A model generated the notes under the pieces. It was not told the DNA's origin and ran no database searches. It saw nothing but the letters and a program-made list of their open reading frames with translations. The position numbers were made by a program, and so were the translations under genes. From Candidatus Bathyarchaeota archaeon (GTDB lineage: Archaea > Thermoproteota > Bathyarchaeia > 40CM-2-53-6), in NCBI GenBank assembly GCA_963726255.1, contig CAVSBL010000002.1, positions 256,001-320,000 on the forward strand: a stretch of 64,000 nucleotides of DNA, in the 5' to 3' direction. Below are positions 39,892 through 49,758 of the stretch, piece by piece; the first letter of the stretch is position 1, and every line of letters begins with the position of its first letter.

Positions 39892-40188
39892 ATGCCAAGC
39901 ATGGAAGTCGGCCGAATCTGCGTAAAACTCGTAGGCCGTGAAACCGGAAGAAAATGCGTAGTCGTGGATGTTGTCGACAAGAACTTCGTCTTGATCACGG
40001 GCCCAAAGGCGGTTACGGGCGTCAGGCGTAGGCGAACCAACGTTGACCATTTGGAGCCCACACCTGAGAGCGTTGAAGTGAAAAAAGGCGCACCAGATGA
40101 CGAAGTCGAGAAAGCCTTAACCAAGGGTAAGAAAACAAAATTCATGAAAGAAGATCTCCTGCCGACAATGAAAGCGGCCGCAAGTTAA
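39892..40188 (+). CDS. rpl14e: 50S ribosomal protein L14e
   Basis: EVGRICVK..GRETG, NFVLITGP, HLEPT. Confidence 0.96.
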   Translation: MPSMEVGRICVKLVGRETGRKCVVVDVVDKNFVLITGPKAVTGVRRRRTNVDHLEPTPESVEVKKGAPDDEVEKALTKGKKTKFMKEDLLPTMKAAAS

Positions 40189-40325
40189 CCTCCCAACTTA
40201 TCCGATTCGGCATGCACTCTGCCGGACGCCTAACTGGGCGGACGGCTGATGGTCTTGGCTTTCTTTGGAATGTTACTCTCCTTAATAGCAGCAGGGACGT
40301 AACAAGTGTGCAAGAGGTGAATTGT

Positions 40326-41334
40326 TTGCAGACCGTCATCCCTTGGACGGTAAGTAGAGAACTTGTAGCGAAAGCGGACGATGAGACCGACCCGCGTTAT
40401 GGCTTCAAGCCTGAAGAAAGGCCAATGCCACTCCGAATCAAGTATGGGATCATGAACATCGATAAGCCTGCTGGGCCATCAAGCCATGAAGTAGTTGCTT
40501 GGATCAAACGCATGATGAAATTGTCGCACGCCGGCCACGGTGGAACCCTAGAGACGTAACAGTCGGGGTAATCCCAAGGTAACCGGCGTCCTTCCCGTAG
40601 CCCTAGAAGACGCCACGAAAGTCGTTCAAGGCTTTCTCTACTCGGGGAAGGAATACGTTTGCATAATGCAAATTCACGCCGACATCCCCGAAACAACCGT
40701 TCGCGAAGTTCTAAGCCAATTCGAAGGCGAGATTATCCAGAAACCACCGCTCAGAGCGTCCGTGAAGAGGGAACCGAGAAAACGATTCATCTACAAACTC
40801 AACGTGCAAGAAGTAGACGGGCGCACAGTCCTCTTCACCTGCTCCTGCCAAGCAGGCACCTACATGCGCAAATTATGCTCCGACGTCGGCGAAGTGTTCG
40901 GTTGCGGGGCCCACATGCGTGAGCTCAGGAGGACGCGTGCGGGGCCGTTCAGCGAAAATGATGGGATTGTGACCCTGCATGAATTGAGCGCGGCCCAATC
41001 CGACTTCGAGGCCGGCAACGAAGCCCCCCTGAAGGCGATAATCAAGCCTATGGAATTGGCACTCACTCCCCTCCCGCACATTGTAATTCGTGATTCTGCC
41101 GTCGACGCGGTCTGCCACGGAGCCGAATTAGCCCTGCCGGGCATACTGAAACTGGATTCCGCTATTGAACGCAACAAGTTTGTCGCGGTCTTCACGTTGA
41201 AAGGAGAAGGAGTCGCGCTAGCACGCGCCCTAATGACCTCCCAAGAAATGCTTGACCAGGAGAAAGGAGTGGCCGTCAAGACTGAGCGGGTCATCATGGA
41301 GCGAGGCACATACCCCGCCCTATGGAAGCATTAG
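40326..41334 (+). CDS. cbf5: H/ACA pseudouridine synthase Cbf5, split by a 19-nt BHB intron (40552-40570)
   Basis: DKPAGPSSHEV...GHGGTL-G|AT-PKVTGVLP: removing the intron restores the catalytic Asp and the frame (329 aa); PUA domain at the C-terminus; SD GAGGTGA before TTG. Confidence 0.95.
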
Positions 41335-41601
41335 AATAGCATGTTACTTTGGCGGGTTTGTGATTGGTCGTGCGCACGCTTGGAGGTACCCCCAGGGGGG
41401 GTGACTCGGTTTTCCGAGTCTGACGGGGCTGGTTTTGCAGCTTTTCCTAGGTGGTTGCTCTTCCGCGCCGAATAGTAGTGTATGACATATGTTCGACATC
41501 CTTTCGTTCCGCTAGCGCGTAGGTTGATTGTGCACTGTTTTTCTTTGCACTGGAGGCCTGAACAGGCTTAAATTGAGCTTGGAATTGTGAACTCGTTTGG
41601 A

Positions 41602-41720
41602 GCCGGGGTTCCCGAGCCTGGTACGGGGCAGATGCACCTAAGCCTAAGCCTGGAATCAAAGGAACTGAAAGCCTGTGGTCCTCACGGGCCTCGAGGGTTC
41701 AAATCCCTCTCCCGGCGCCA
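41602..41720 (+). tRNA. trnS: tRNA-Ser(GGA) with two introns (29/30: 41632-41647; 37/38: 41656-41669)
   Basis: GCCGGGG/TCCCGGC acceptor; CAGGC-CTGGAAA-GCCTG after splicing; long variable arm; CCA; first intron BHB helix GGGC/GCCT. Confidence 0.9.
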
Positions 41721-41758
41721 TAACTTTCGATTCAAGGCCATTTCCACGCAAGCAAGAA

Positions 41759-42673
41759 TCAAATGCCGCTAGTGCTAGTGTGCAATATCCTCGGTTCTTT
41801 CGTGTGGGAACGCGTGGGTCGAGCAAGGTAGATTCCCAGCAGGACGAACCCGCCTCCAAGCATAAGCGCAGGGCTAACTTGTTCGGCTAAGAAGATTATT
41901 CCCATGAGAGGAGCGAGGATGGGGACTCCAAGTTGAACGAGCCCTCCTAGCGATGGAGCGATCTTCTTCACGGTTGCATTCCAGACACTGTAACTTAGAG
42001 CCGTGCTTACCGTACCCATATACAACGCTAGTCCTAGGTCCTGAAGCGAAATGTTTGTCGAAATCGATTGACCTGAAAGCGCGAGTGTCATCGAAGCAAT
42101 GATTGCACCTGCTCCGAAAATCAGAAAGCTGTTGAATGTGTAGCTGAAGGTGATCTCGAATCTCTTGCCGTATGCAGAGTACAATCCCCATGACGTGCCT
42201 GTTGCAGCCATTAGTAATACACCAAGTAGTGTTACTGAGCCTATTTTGCTGAAAGTTATGACTAGCACCCCGAGCAAACCTGACAATTGCCCCAGTAGTG
42301 AGCGGAGGGTCAACTTTTCCTTCTCTTCTATGATGGAATAGGCAAACATCGTCAACACGACGAATGTGTAAAAGACAAAAGTTCCCGCAGCGACCGGAAT
42401 GAACAAATATCCATAAGAGATTGCGAACGCGTAAGCGCCTAGGAAAACCGCACCAGGCAAGTAAGAAAAACCTGGTCTAGCATGCCGAAAAGTTGATGGC
42501 CTCGTTGACGTTAGAATTATCAGCATAAAGAGTCCGCTGACAAACCTGATCACCGTCACGAGGAAAGGCGAAACACGACTTACTAAAACCAAGTATCTAG
42601 TTATGACACTGTTAGCCGCGAAACATGTCATGACGACTAATAACACCAACCAGACACGAAAATCAAGCTTCAA
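41759..42673 (-). CDS. DMT/EamA family transporter
   Basis: About 10 TM helices; FAANS and SWGLYS patterns. Confidence 0.88.
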   Translation of the reverse strand: MKLDFRVWLVLLVVMTCFAANSVITRYLVLVSRVSPFLVTVIRFVSGLFMLIILTSTRPSTFRHARPGFSYLPGAVFLGAYAFAISYGYLFIPVAAGTFVFYTFVVLTMFAYSIIEEKEKLTLRSLLGQLSGLLGVLVITFSKIGSVTLLGVLLMAATGTSWGLYSAYGKRFEITFSYTFNSFLIFGAGAIIASMTLALSGQSISTNISLQDLGLALYMGTVSTALSYSVWNATVKKIAPSLGGLVQLGVPILAPLMGIIFLAEQVSPALMLGGGFVLLGIYLARPTRSHTKEPRILHTSTSGI

Positions 42674-42850
42674 GCCGTTTCCGCCCTAGCATCTTCCGAA
42701 TTGATGGCGAGTATTAGATCCCCAAGAGTCTTTGAAAACTCTTGGTGGTCGCACATTCTACAAACTAACGAACTGGCGTTGCAGCGACACCGGCCCCCAC
42801 GCAACAATTAAGTTTTAGCAGATTCTACAGATGTACTCGGCACGAAGGAG

Positions 42851-43102
42851 CTAGCTGCCCTCCTTCACCTCGACGATCTCGTCCGCGACCATGCCGTGCG
42901 CCTCCTTGTGAACTGCTGCGGCAGCTTCCTTGTTGGGCGCATCAATCATGCAGAACGCTTTGCCAGTCGACTCATCGAACCAGTATTTCATATACTTCAC
43001 ACCATATTTTCCCTGAACTTGAAGATCCTTGGCATGCGCGGCCATTATCGCCTCTGCAGTTAACCCGTGAATCTTGTAGTGGATGTCCATGTAAAGTGGC
43101 AT
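42851..43102 (-). CDS. DUF4242 (SCO4226-like metal-binding) protein
   Basis: MPLYMDIH...AHAKDL...KYW...FC..DAP...VHKEAHG..ADEI. Confidence 0.85.
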   Translation of the reverse strand: MPLYMDIHYKIHGLTAEAIMAAHAKDLQVQGKYGVKYMKYWFDESTGKAFCMIDAPNKEAAAAVHKEAHGMVADEIVEVKEGS

Positions 43103-43215
43103 TCTTTGCGGCCTTCTTGCAGCCTTATACGATACGGGCACATTTATGTTTTAGCGTAACGTTCAGTTCGTCGTGTTTTTGATTCATGGATTGGGAATAT
43201 TGAGGCTTTGAACCA

Positions 43216-43941
43216 ATGCACATCGCGCTCATCGAAGATTTGCTAAAGGCGCCACTGCCGCCTGGGTCGTCGCTCCTAGTCGAATACGACCCTACATCAG
43301 CCTGGTATCAGGCTTCGATCTGTATTGCGGCAGAGTGGTTGAAAGCTGGTGGAGTTGTTACTTATGGTGTTTCCGCCCAACCCCCAGACAATATCCGTTC
43401 CCAGCTCGCACAACGCGGCCTTGATGTCAAGGATCTTGAGGCAAACGACAAGCTTAGGGTGTTTGATTGGTACACAGCGACGCTCGGCAGGAAATCAAAC
43501 GAAAAGTACGCCTTCTATTCCTTGAAAGCAGCCGACCTAAGCGTCCTCCATTCAAAATATCTAATGGCCACTGAGGTAGGAGTCGATTCGAATCCTCCAG
43601 TCCCTTCACCCGACTGGTTGAGGATATTAGATGACGCCTCCTGTCTTGGGAGGTTCAACGAAGAGAAGAGCTGGGTTGAATTTGTAAGGACCAGACTGAT
43701 TCCTATCGCTTCTCTATGGAAATCTACGGGAATTGGGGGTATTATTAAGGGAATTCACAGTGATTCGACCTACAAGAACCTGGAAGCTGCTTGTGATGGG
43801 GTGATTGATTTTAAGCTGGATGAGGCCGCGGACGAGGCTAAGAGCATGATTCGAATCAGATCAATGCGAAATGCGGGATTTGATTCGCATTGGCATAAGC
43901 TCAAAGTCGCCGAGAACTTCGAAGTTACGTTGGAAAAGTGA
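43216..43941 (+). CDS. RAD55/KaiC-like protein with degenerate P-loop
   Basis: PPGSSLLVEYDP, CDGVIDF, IRIRSMRN; Walker A GKT replaced by AWY. Confidence 0.8.
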   Translation: MHIALIEDLLKAPLPPGSSLLVEYDPTSAWYQASICIAAEWLKAGGVVTYGVSAQPPDNIRSQLAQRGLDVKDLEANDKLRVFDWYTATLGRKSNEKYAFYSLKAADLSVLHSKYLMATEVGVDSNPPVPSPDWLRILDDASCLGRFNEEKSWVEFVRTRLIPIASLWKSTGIGGIIKGIHSDSTYKNLEAACDGVIDFKLDEAADEAKSMIRIRSMRNAGFDSHWHKLKVAENFEVTLEK

Positions 43942-44002
43942 CGGATAGTTCTTCGTGTAATTGTCGCGGTAAGTTGCTTCCACGCTTTTCCTTGGTGAGT
44001 CT

Positions 44003-44806
44003 ATGGGGTTTCTGCCTACCAAGACTTATGATGATCCTGCGAATTCCCAGGGTGGGTTTCCATTGAACGCATTGGGCACACTAGTTATCGTAATTTTGCT
44101 TGGGTTGGCTAGTTTCTTCTACACGATGGCGGGCTTCGCGGGCGGGTCAACTTTCACCGCTATCCTGCTCCTAATCGGAATATCCGCCGGGCAGTCCGCT
44201 TTGGGCGGTTTACTCTTTAACGTAGTGTCTGCGTCTAGCTCGATTTTTCGTTGGCGAACTCACTTCTCACGAGGTTTCGCATGGTTCATTATTGGTTCGG
44301 TTCCAGCGGCTTACCTTGCAGGACTATTCGTCCTGCCCGAAACTTTACTGAAAATTGTTATGGGCGTGGCTATAACTGCTGGCGGTGTGAGTTTGATTGT
44401 CATCACTTTTCCTTTGGGGCACATCGTTCTGAAATGGCCGTTCAAGATTCTGATCGGCATAGTGATCGGAGCCGTTGCCGGGCTGACAGGGATTGGTGGC
44501 GGTGTCTACCTGGCTCCAGTGCTGATTTTAGCGGGTATGGCCAAGCCAAAGACGACCGCGGCTACGACGACGGTGTTCATTCTGCTCAATTCACTCTCAG
44601 GCATAGTGGCGAGAACACCGCGCCTTGGGAGTTTGATCTTGTCAACTCCAGTTTTCCTCCTGAGCATCCCAGTTCTGTTCGTGTCGGCTCAGCTTGGAAG
44701 TCATTTTGGGTCAGAAAGGCTGAGTCAAATAAATGTGAAGCGCACTATTGGCCTAGTCCTGATTTCGGTGGGAGCTTACCTCACCCTAAGCGCCTTCATT
44801 CATTAG
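44003..44806 (+). CDS. TauE/SafE (TSUP) family transporter
   Basis: GFAGGS and GLTGIGGGVYLAP motifs. Confidence 0.88.
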   Translation: MGFLPTKTYDDPANSQGGFPLNALGTLVIVILLGLASFFYTMAGFAGGSTFTAILLLIGISAGQSALGGLLFNVVSASSSIFRWRTHFSRGFAWFIIGSVPAAYLAGLFVLPETLLKIVMGVAITAGGVSLIVITFPLGHIVLKWPFKILIGIVIGAVAGLTGIGGGVYLAPVLILAGMAKPKTTAATTTVFILLNSLSGIVARTPRLGSLILSTPVFLLSIPVLFVSAQLGSHFGSERLSQINVKRTIGLVLISVGAYLTLSAFIH

Positions 44807-44898
44807 CAACCGCGTTTTGACCGGCCACATCTAAATTCGGTAGATCCTTGAAGGTGAAAACAGAAATTGGGCGACACCACCATAACCTCTGAAGTCAA

Positions 44899-46377
44899 TT
44901 GGTCGGTTCAAGAGAAGATACATCCAAAATAGAGACTCGGCACCGAGATTTACCTCCAGAGCTTTTCAGAAAATGTGCCTACCAAGCGGTTGATTGGATC
45001 GCTGATTATCTTGAGAATATGAGCAGCTATCCAGTATTGTCCCGCACTAGGCCGGGTGAAATCAAATCATGCATTCCAAAGTCCCCGCCTGAACAGCCTG
45101 AGCCCTTCGAGGATGTGGTAAAGGATTTTCAAAAGATCATTTTGCCAGGAATCACTCATTGGAATCATCCTCGATTCTTCGCCTATTTTTCCATCACAGG
45201 CTCCTATCCGGGAGTTATCGGAGAAATGTTGTCAAGTGCTTTGAATGTGAACGCTATGCTGTGGAAAACCTCTCCATCAGCCACTGAACTTGAGGAAGTC
45301 GTGTTAGATTGGCTACGACAGATGGTTGGCCTTCCGCAACAGTTTGAGGGTGTAATCAACGATACCGCCTCGGCTGGAAGCCTGTGCGCTATGGCCGCAG
45401 CACGTGAGGCCATAGGTCTGCAAGTCCGCGAGAAAGGCCTGGCTGGCAGGGGTGGTCTTCCCCGACTACGCGCTTACTGCTCAGAGGAAGCGCATTCATC
45501 AATCGAAAAGGCGGCCATTGTACTAGGCCTCGGCCAGGATGGTATTAGAAAGATTCCCACCAACGAAGCCTTCCGAATGGACATACACGCGCTGGAAACG
45601 GCTGTCAAGTCCGACCTCGATGAAGGCATACGGCCGGTTTGTGTCATCGCCACAATCGGAACTACTTCAACCACGAGCGTCGACCCGGTGAATGAAATCG
45701 CCCAGCTTTGCAAGAAATACGGGATCTGGCTCCACGTTGATGCCGCTTATGGAGGCGCCGCAGCCATCCTACCCGAAATGCGAACGCATTTCGCCGGCTG
45801 GGACAATGCCGATTCGATAATCATTAACCCTCACAAATGGCTGTTCACGCCGATCGATTGCAGTGTTCTCTATTGCAGGCGCCCCGAAACCCTCAAACAG
45901 GCTTTCAGTTTGACTCCCGAATACCTTCGAACAGCAGAGGCGGGCGAAGCGAAGAATCTCATGGATTATGGTATCTCCTTGGGCCGCCGTTTTCGTGCAC
46001 TCAAACTGTGGATGGTTATTCGCTCACTGGGACGTCAAGGAATCGCCAACGCCATAAGAGAACACATTGCCTATGCCCATCGACTGGCGGAAAGGATTGA
46101 AAGCCATCCGGACTTTCAACTTTTGGCGCCGGTTCCCTTCAGCACGTTAGTCTTCCGGCTCTGCCCCAAAAATAAGAGTGGCTCAGACTCGGAAATTAAC
46201 GACCTCAACGAAAAGCTCTTGGAAGAAATCAACAAAACAGGCCAAGTATTTCTCTCACACACCAAACTCAGAGGAAAATTCGGAATTCGATTAGCGATTG
46301 GCAACCTGAAGACCACGTGGGAAGATGTATCTCTGGCCTGGGACATATTGCAGCAAAAGGCCGCAGAACTCACGTAG
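44899..46377 (+). CDS. Group II PLP-dependent (aromatic) L-amino acid decarboxylase
   Basis: ILPGITHWNHP, SPSATELE, HVDAAY, NPHKW, LGRRFRALKLW. Confidence 0.93.
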   Translation: MVGSREDTSKIETRHRDLPPELFRKCAYQAVDWIADYLENMSSYPVLSRTRPGEIKSCIPKSPPEQPEPFEDVVKDFQKIILPGITHWNHPRFFAYFSITGSYPGVIGEMLSSALNVNAMLWKTSPSATELEEVVLDWLRQMVGLPQQFEGVINDTASAGSLCAMAAAREAIGLQVREKGLAGRGGLPRLRAYCSEEAHSSIEKAAIVLGLGQDGIRKIPTNEAFRMDIHALETAVKSDLDEGIRPVCVIATIGTTSTTSVDPVNEIAQLCKKYGIWLHVDAAYGGAAAILPEMRTHFAGWDNADSIIINPHKWLFTPIDCSVLYCRRPETLKQAFSLTPEYLRTAEAGEAKNLMDYGISLGRRFRALKLWMVIRSLGRQGIANAIREHIAYAHRLAERIESHPDFQLLAPVPFSTLVFRLCPKNKSGSDSEINDLNEKLLEEINKTGQVFLSHTKLRGKFGIRLAIGNLKTTWEDVSLAWDILQQKAAELT

Positions 46378-46537
46378 CCCTAACTCGCAAGACTAGCATG
46401 CTCGCTAAATGTTAAGTTAGGAATCCGCGCTTGTGGATCCAAGGAATCACTGCTTTCTGGTGAGCCGGGGTACTCCAATCCGGCAAGGTTTAATACAGTT
46501 CTGGCTTTCGCTACTTCGCAATCGGTGTAACTAGTAT

Positions 46538-47053
46538 ATGTCTCGAGAATTCCGGCAAATCCTCCGTGTCGCAGGCACCAACGTCGACGGCACGAAGAAG
46601 TTAGCTTACGGCCTTTTGCACATCAAGGGCGTTGGGCCAAGCTACTCCGTCGCAATAGTCCGGGCTGCTGAACTTAAGCCTGAGACGAGAATGGGCGAAC
46701 TTTCTGAGAGCGACGTTCAGAAGCTAGAGGATGTGATGAAGGACCCAGCAAAGTATGGTCTACCATCCCGCCTCTTCAATAGAAGGAAGGGTATCGAGAG
46801 TGGCCGTGACGTCCATTTGATAGGCGCTGATCTAGCGCTCAGCATCAAGACCGATGTTGATTTCATGACGGACATCCGAACCTGGAAGGGCGTAAGGCAT
46901 TCGTTGGGCCTGAAGGTTCGAGGGCAACGAACAAGGACAACGGGCCGGAAAGGTAGAGCAGTAGGTGTAGCAAAGAAAGTCGTTATGGAAGCCGCGAGGG
47001 CTGCCGCCGCTGCTGAGAAGAAAGGGGAAGAGCCCAAAGAAGAGAAGAAATAA
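46538..47053 (+). CDS. rps13: 30S ribosomal protein S13
   Basis: IKGVG, GLKVRGQRTRTTGR. Confidence 0.97.
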   Translation: MSREFRQILRVAGTNVDGTKKLAYGLLHIKGVGPSYSVAIVRAAELKPETRMGELSESDVQKLEDVMKDPAKYGLPSRLFNRRKGIESGRDVHLIGADLALSIKTDVDFMTDIRTWKGVRHSLGLKVRGQRTRTTGRKGRAVGVAKKVVMEAARAAAAAEKKGEEPKEEKK

Positions 47054-47065
47054 GGCTGATAGCAA

Positions 47066-47632
47066 ATGGGCGATCCGAAGAGGCAACGAAAGACCTACGC
47101 AACGCCTAGGCATCCCTGGCGCACCGATCAACTCGAACTCGAACTTCACTTGATGGGCGAATACGGCCTTCGCAACAAGCGCGAACTCTGGCGATACAAA
47201 ACCATGCTTTCAGAGGTCAGAGGCATCGCCAGGTCGTTGCTGGGGTCGACTGGTGAAGAGCGCGAACGCCTCGAACGCGAGTACCTCTCGAAGCTAAGCC
47301 GAATCGGTGTCCTGTCCGAGTCGGCTAACATCGATGAAGTCTTGGACTTGGAGATTAGAGACCTCCTTGAGCGAAGGCTGCAGACCATGGTATTCAGGCG
47401 GGGGCTAGCAAAAACGGTCTTTCAAGCTCGACAGCTCGTATCGCATGGTCACATATCTGTAGCAGGAAAAATCGTCTCGGTCCCTGGATATATGGTGAAA
47501 CGCGACGAGGAACAGAAGCTGAAGTATTTCTCGCATAGCCCGTTGTCGAAGGCTGACCATCCGCTTAGGAAAGTTATCACGGCAATGGCTGCAAGCCAAG
47601 CCGTAACTGAACCTGCCCCCAGCCCGTCCTAG
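47066..47632 (+). CDS. rps4: 30S ribosomal protein S4 (uS4)
   Basis: [26 protein letters not shown]. Confidence 0.97.
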   Translation: MGDPKRQRKTYATPRHPWRTDQLELELHLMGEYGLRNKRELWRYKTMLSEVRGIARSLLGSTGEERERLEREYLSKLSRIGVLSESANIDEVLDLEIRDLLERRLQTMVFRRGLAKTVFQARQLVSHGHISVAGKIVSVPGYMVKRDEEQKLKYFSHSPLSKADHPLRKVITAMAASQAVTEPAPSPS

Positions 47633-47643
47633 CAACCTCTATG

Positions 47644-48060
47644 TTAGGCTCGTCTCCTAAGAACAAGGAAGAGAACGAGAACCGCAACGGTCAGGACCGC
47701 GGCCAAAGTGATTAGGCCAACTGAGTAGGGACCGTTACCCAGGATTATTGGTATCGGCCCGATCAGTATGATTGCACCGCCACTTACTCCTCCTTGGTTC
47801 GATAACGAACCGAATGTCATCAACAACGTGCCTATGAAGATCGCAGCGAATGCTATGAAAAACAACCACGTAGCCCAAGAAAATGGGGCCGGAGCCGAAT
47901 AGTTCCCGGCGGCGGGCGTCAACTTCGCCGTGCAATCAGAACAGTGCCAGCTGGCTGAATCGATACAGTTACCGCAAACGGCCTTCCCACACGCTTGGCA
48001 TATGTAAGTCGCCGGGCTCATCCGACAGATACCACAGAGAGGGGCAGCCATACTGTTCAC
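47644..48060 (-). CDS. DUF131-type membrane protein with N-terminal B-box-like zinc finger
   Basis: CGIC..CQAC..CGNC..CSDC plus GGAIILIGPIPIILG. Confidence 0.8.
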   Translation of the reverse strand: MNSMAAPLCGICRMSPATYICQACGKAVCGNCIDSASWHCSDCTAKLTPAAGNYSAPAPFSWATWLFFIAFAAIFIGTLLMTFGSLSNQGGVSGGAIILIGPIPIILGNGPYSVGLITLAAVLTVAVLVLFLVLRRRA

Positions 48061-48320
48061 CGGGTCAGAAGCGAAGGAAGGAGCATAAAAACGAAGACGA
48101 CGGCTATGAGAATTACCGCAAGAACCACGAGAGCCTTGACTGAACCACGATCCGTCCCGAATATTATGGGAATCGGGCCAACCAGCAAAATTCCTGCTCC
48201 ACGAACCTTCGCTCCGCCACTCCCCGCCCTAACCATGAGAAGAATCACCGCGACAAATGCCAGGACAAATCCAAAAATAACCAGGACGAAGCCAATCTCA
48301 GCGATAGAACTCGCGCTCAT
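48057..48320 (-). CDS. DUF131 (TIGR00304) membrane protein
   Basis: GAGILLVGPIPIIFGTD. Confidence 0.85.
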   Translation of the reverse strand: MSASSIAEIGFVLVIFGFVLAFVAVILLMVRAGSGGAKVRGAGILLVGPIPIIFGTDRGSVKALVVLAVILIAVVFVFMLLPSLLTR

Positions 48321-48558
48321 CGTTTCGCGGCCTTAACTCAATTCGAAATCACTCGCGAACATTAACTCTTCGACAACATTTTCGATTGAGAGTGTTCGAA
48401 AAGTCGTAATAGTTTATAAGCCCCGCAGAGCTACCTCCGAAAGCTCTTTGCAAAGAAGTGAAAATATCGTGGACCCCGGACCCGAACGACAAGATTCAAG
48501 TCGTAATGGCAAATGTGGCCCACGAGATGCGCCGTTTCATTCGAGGGGTCCGTAGGCC

Positions 48559-49386
48559 TTGGACGTAAAGATTCTAGAAGAGAAAGATAACACGCTCCGG
48601 TTCCTGCTGAAAGGAACGGGACATGCTTACGCCAACGCCCTGCGCCGCGCGATGATGGCCGAAGTCCCGGTAATGGCCATCGAGGACGTTATCATAATCG
48701 AAAACACATCCGTCCTCTATGATGAAGTCATAGCCCACAGGCTTGGGCTAGTACCAATCAAGACGGACTTGGATGCTTACGTTCTACCTGAGGAATGCGA
48801 CTGCAAGAGTGAACTGGGATGCAGTAAATGCAGGGCCTCGTTCACGCTTGAAGCAGAGGCAGTGGATGAGCCAGTCATGGTATACTCTTCGGCTTTGCAA
48901 GCAGAAGGCGATGCAAAACCCGTGAGCGGCGGCATACCCATAGTCAAACTGGCCCCCATGCAGAAGTTGAAAATTGAGGCTTACGCTAGGCTAGGGCGCG
49001 GATTGGAGCACGCCAAGTGGCAGCCCACCTCAGCTTGCGCCTACAAGTACCTGCCAAAAGTAACCCTAAACGCCGAAAACCTAGCTAACCCCGACGAGGT
49101 TATCCAGGTTTGCCCAACCGACGTATACGCCCAAGACCCTGAGAGCAAAATCACCGTTCGCGACGAACTTGCCTGCACGCTCTGCATGGACTGCGTTGAG
49201 AAAGCTGTCCCGGTGGATCCCAAGAAAACCTTCCCCATCAAGATCGAAGGCGACGAGACATCATACCTGTTCTACGTAGAATCAACCGGTGCCATACCAC
49301 CAAAGAGAATCACGGAAGAAGCCGCGAAGGTCCTCGACAAAAAAGCGACAACCCTCGCCGACTTAGCCAAGAAGGGTTTCGAATAG
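48559..49386 (+). CDS. rpoD: DNA-directed RNA polymerase subunit D (Rpo3) with ferredoxin-like domain
   Basis: ANALRR, HRLGLVP, HAKWQP, CTLCMDC. Confidence 0.97.
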   Translation: MDVKILEEKDNTLRFLLKGTGHAYANALRRAMMAEVPVMAIEDVIIIENTSVLYDEVIAHRLGLVPIKTDLDAYVLPEECDCKSELGCSKCRASFTLEAEAVDEPVMVYSSALQAEGDAKPVSGGIPIVKLAPMQKLKIEAYARLGRGLEHAKWQPTSACAYKYLPKVTLNAENLANPDEVIQVCPTDVYAQDPESKITVRDELACTLCMDCVEKAVPVDPKKTFPIKIEGDETSYLFYVESTGAIPPKRITEEAAKVLDKKATTLADLAKKGFE

Positions 49387-49398
49387 GAGAACAACTTC

Positions 49399-49758
49399 AT
49401 GCGCCGAATGATAACAAACCCCGAACTGCTCGATACAATCAGATTCCTTAAGGTACAGGCCAGAGAAAACAAAGCCAAGATCTGGAAGGTAACAGCCGAA
49501 TCCCTCTCCGGCCCTAGAAGAAACAGGGCGGTATTAGACCTGAATCACATATCGCGAGCTTCGAAACGTGACGCATTCATACTCGTGCCAGGCAAAGTCC
49601 TAGCAGCCGGCTACATGAAACATCCCGTAACCGTCGGAGCCCTTCAGTTCTCCCAGGCTGCGAAAACGAAGATTGAACGGGCCGGCGGCAAATGCCTAGC
49701 GATCAAGGACTTCGTCAGCAAAAACCCAAAGGGATCAAACGTTCTAATCATGAGATGA
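49399..49758 (+). CDS. rpl18e: 50S ribosomal protein L18e
   Basis: TNPEL, VPGKVL, NPKGSNV. Confidence 0.94.
   Translation: MRRMITNPELLDTIRFLKVQARENKAKIWKVTAESLSGPRRNRAVLDLNHISRASKRDAFILVPGKVLAAGYMKHPVTVGALQFSQAAKTKIERAGGKCLAIKDFVSKNPKGSNVLIMR

Noticed and set aside
40212-41334. cbf5 as two genes or a pseudogene
   Set aside because: A BHB intron restores the frame and the catalytic Asp.
41380-41430. GACTCGG-TTTT-CCGAGTC hairpin after cbf5 as an H/ACA guide RNA
   Set aside because: No recognisable K-turn, pseudouridylation pocket or correctly placed ACA box.
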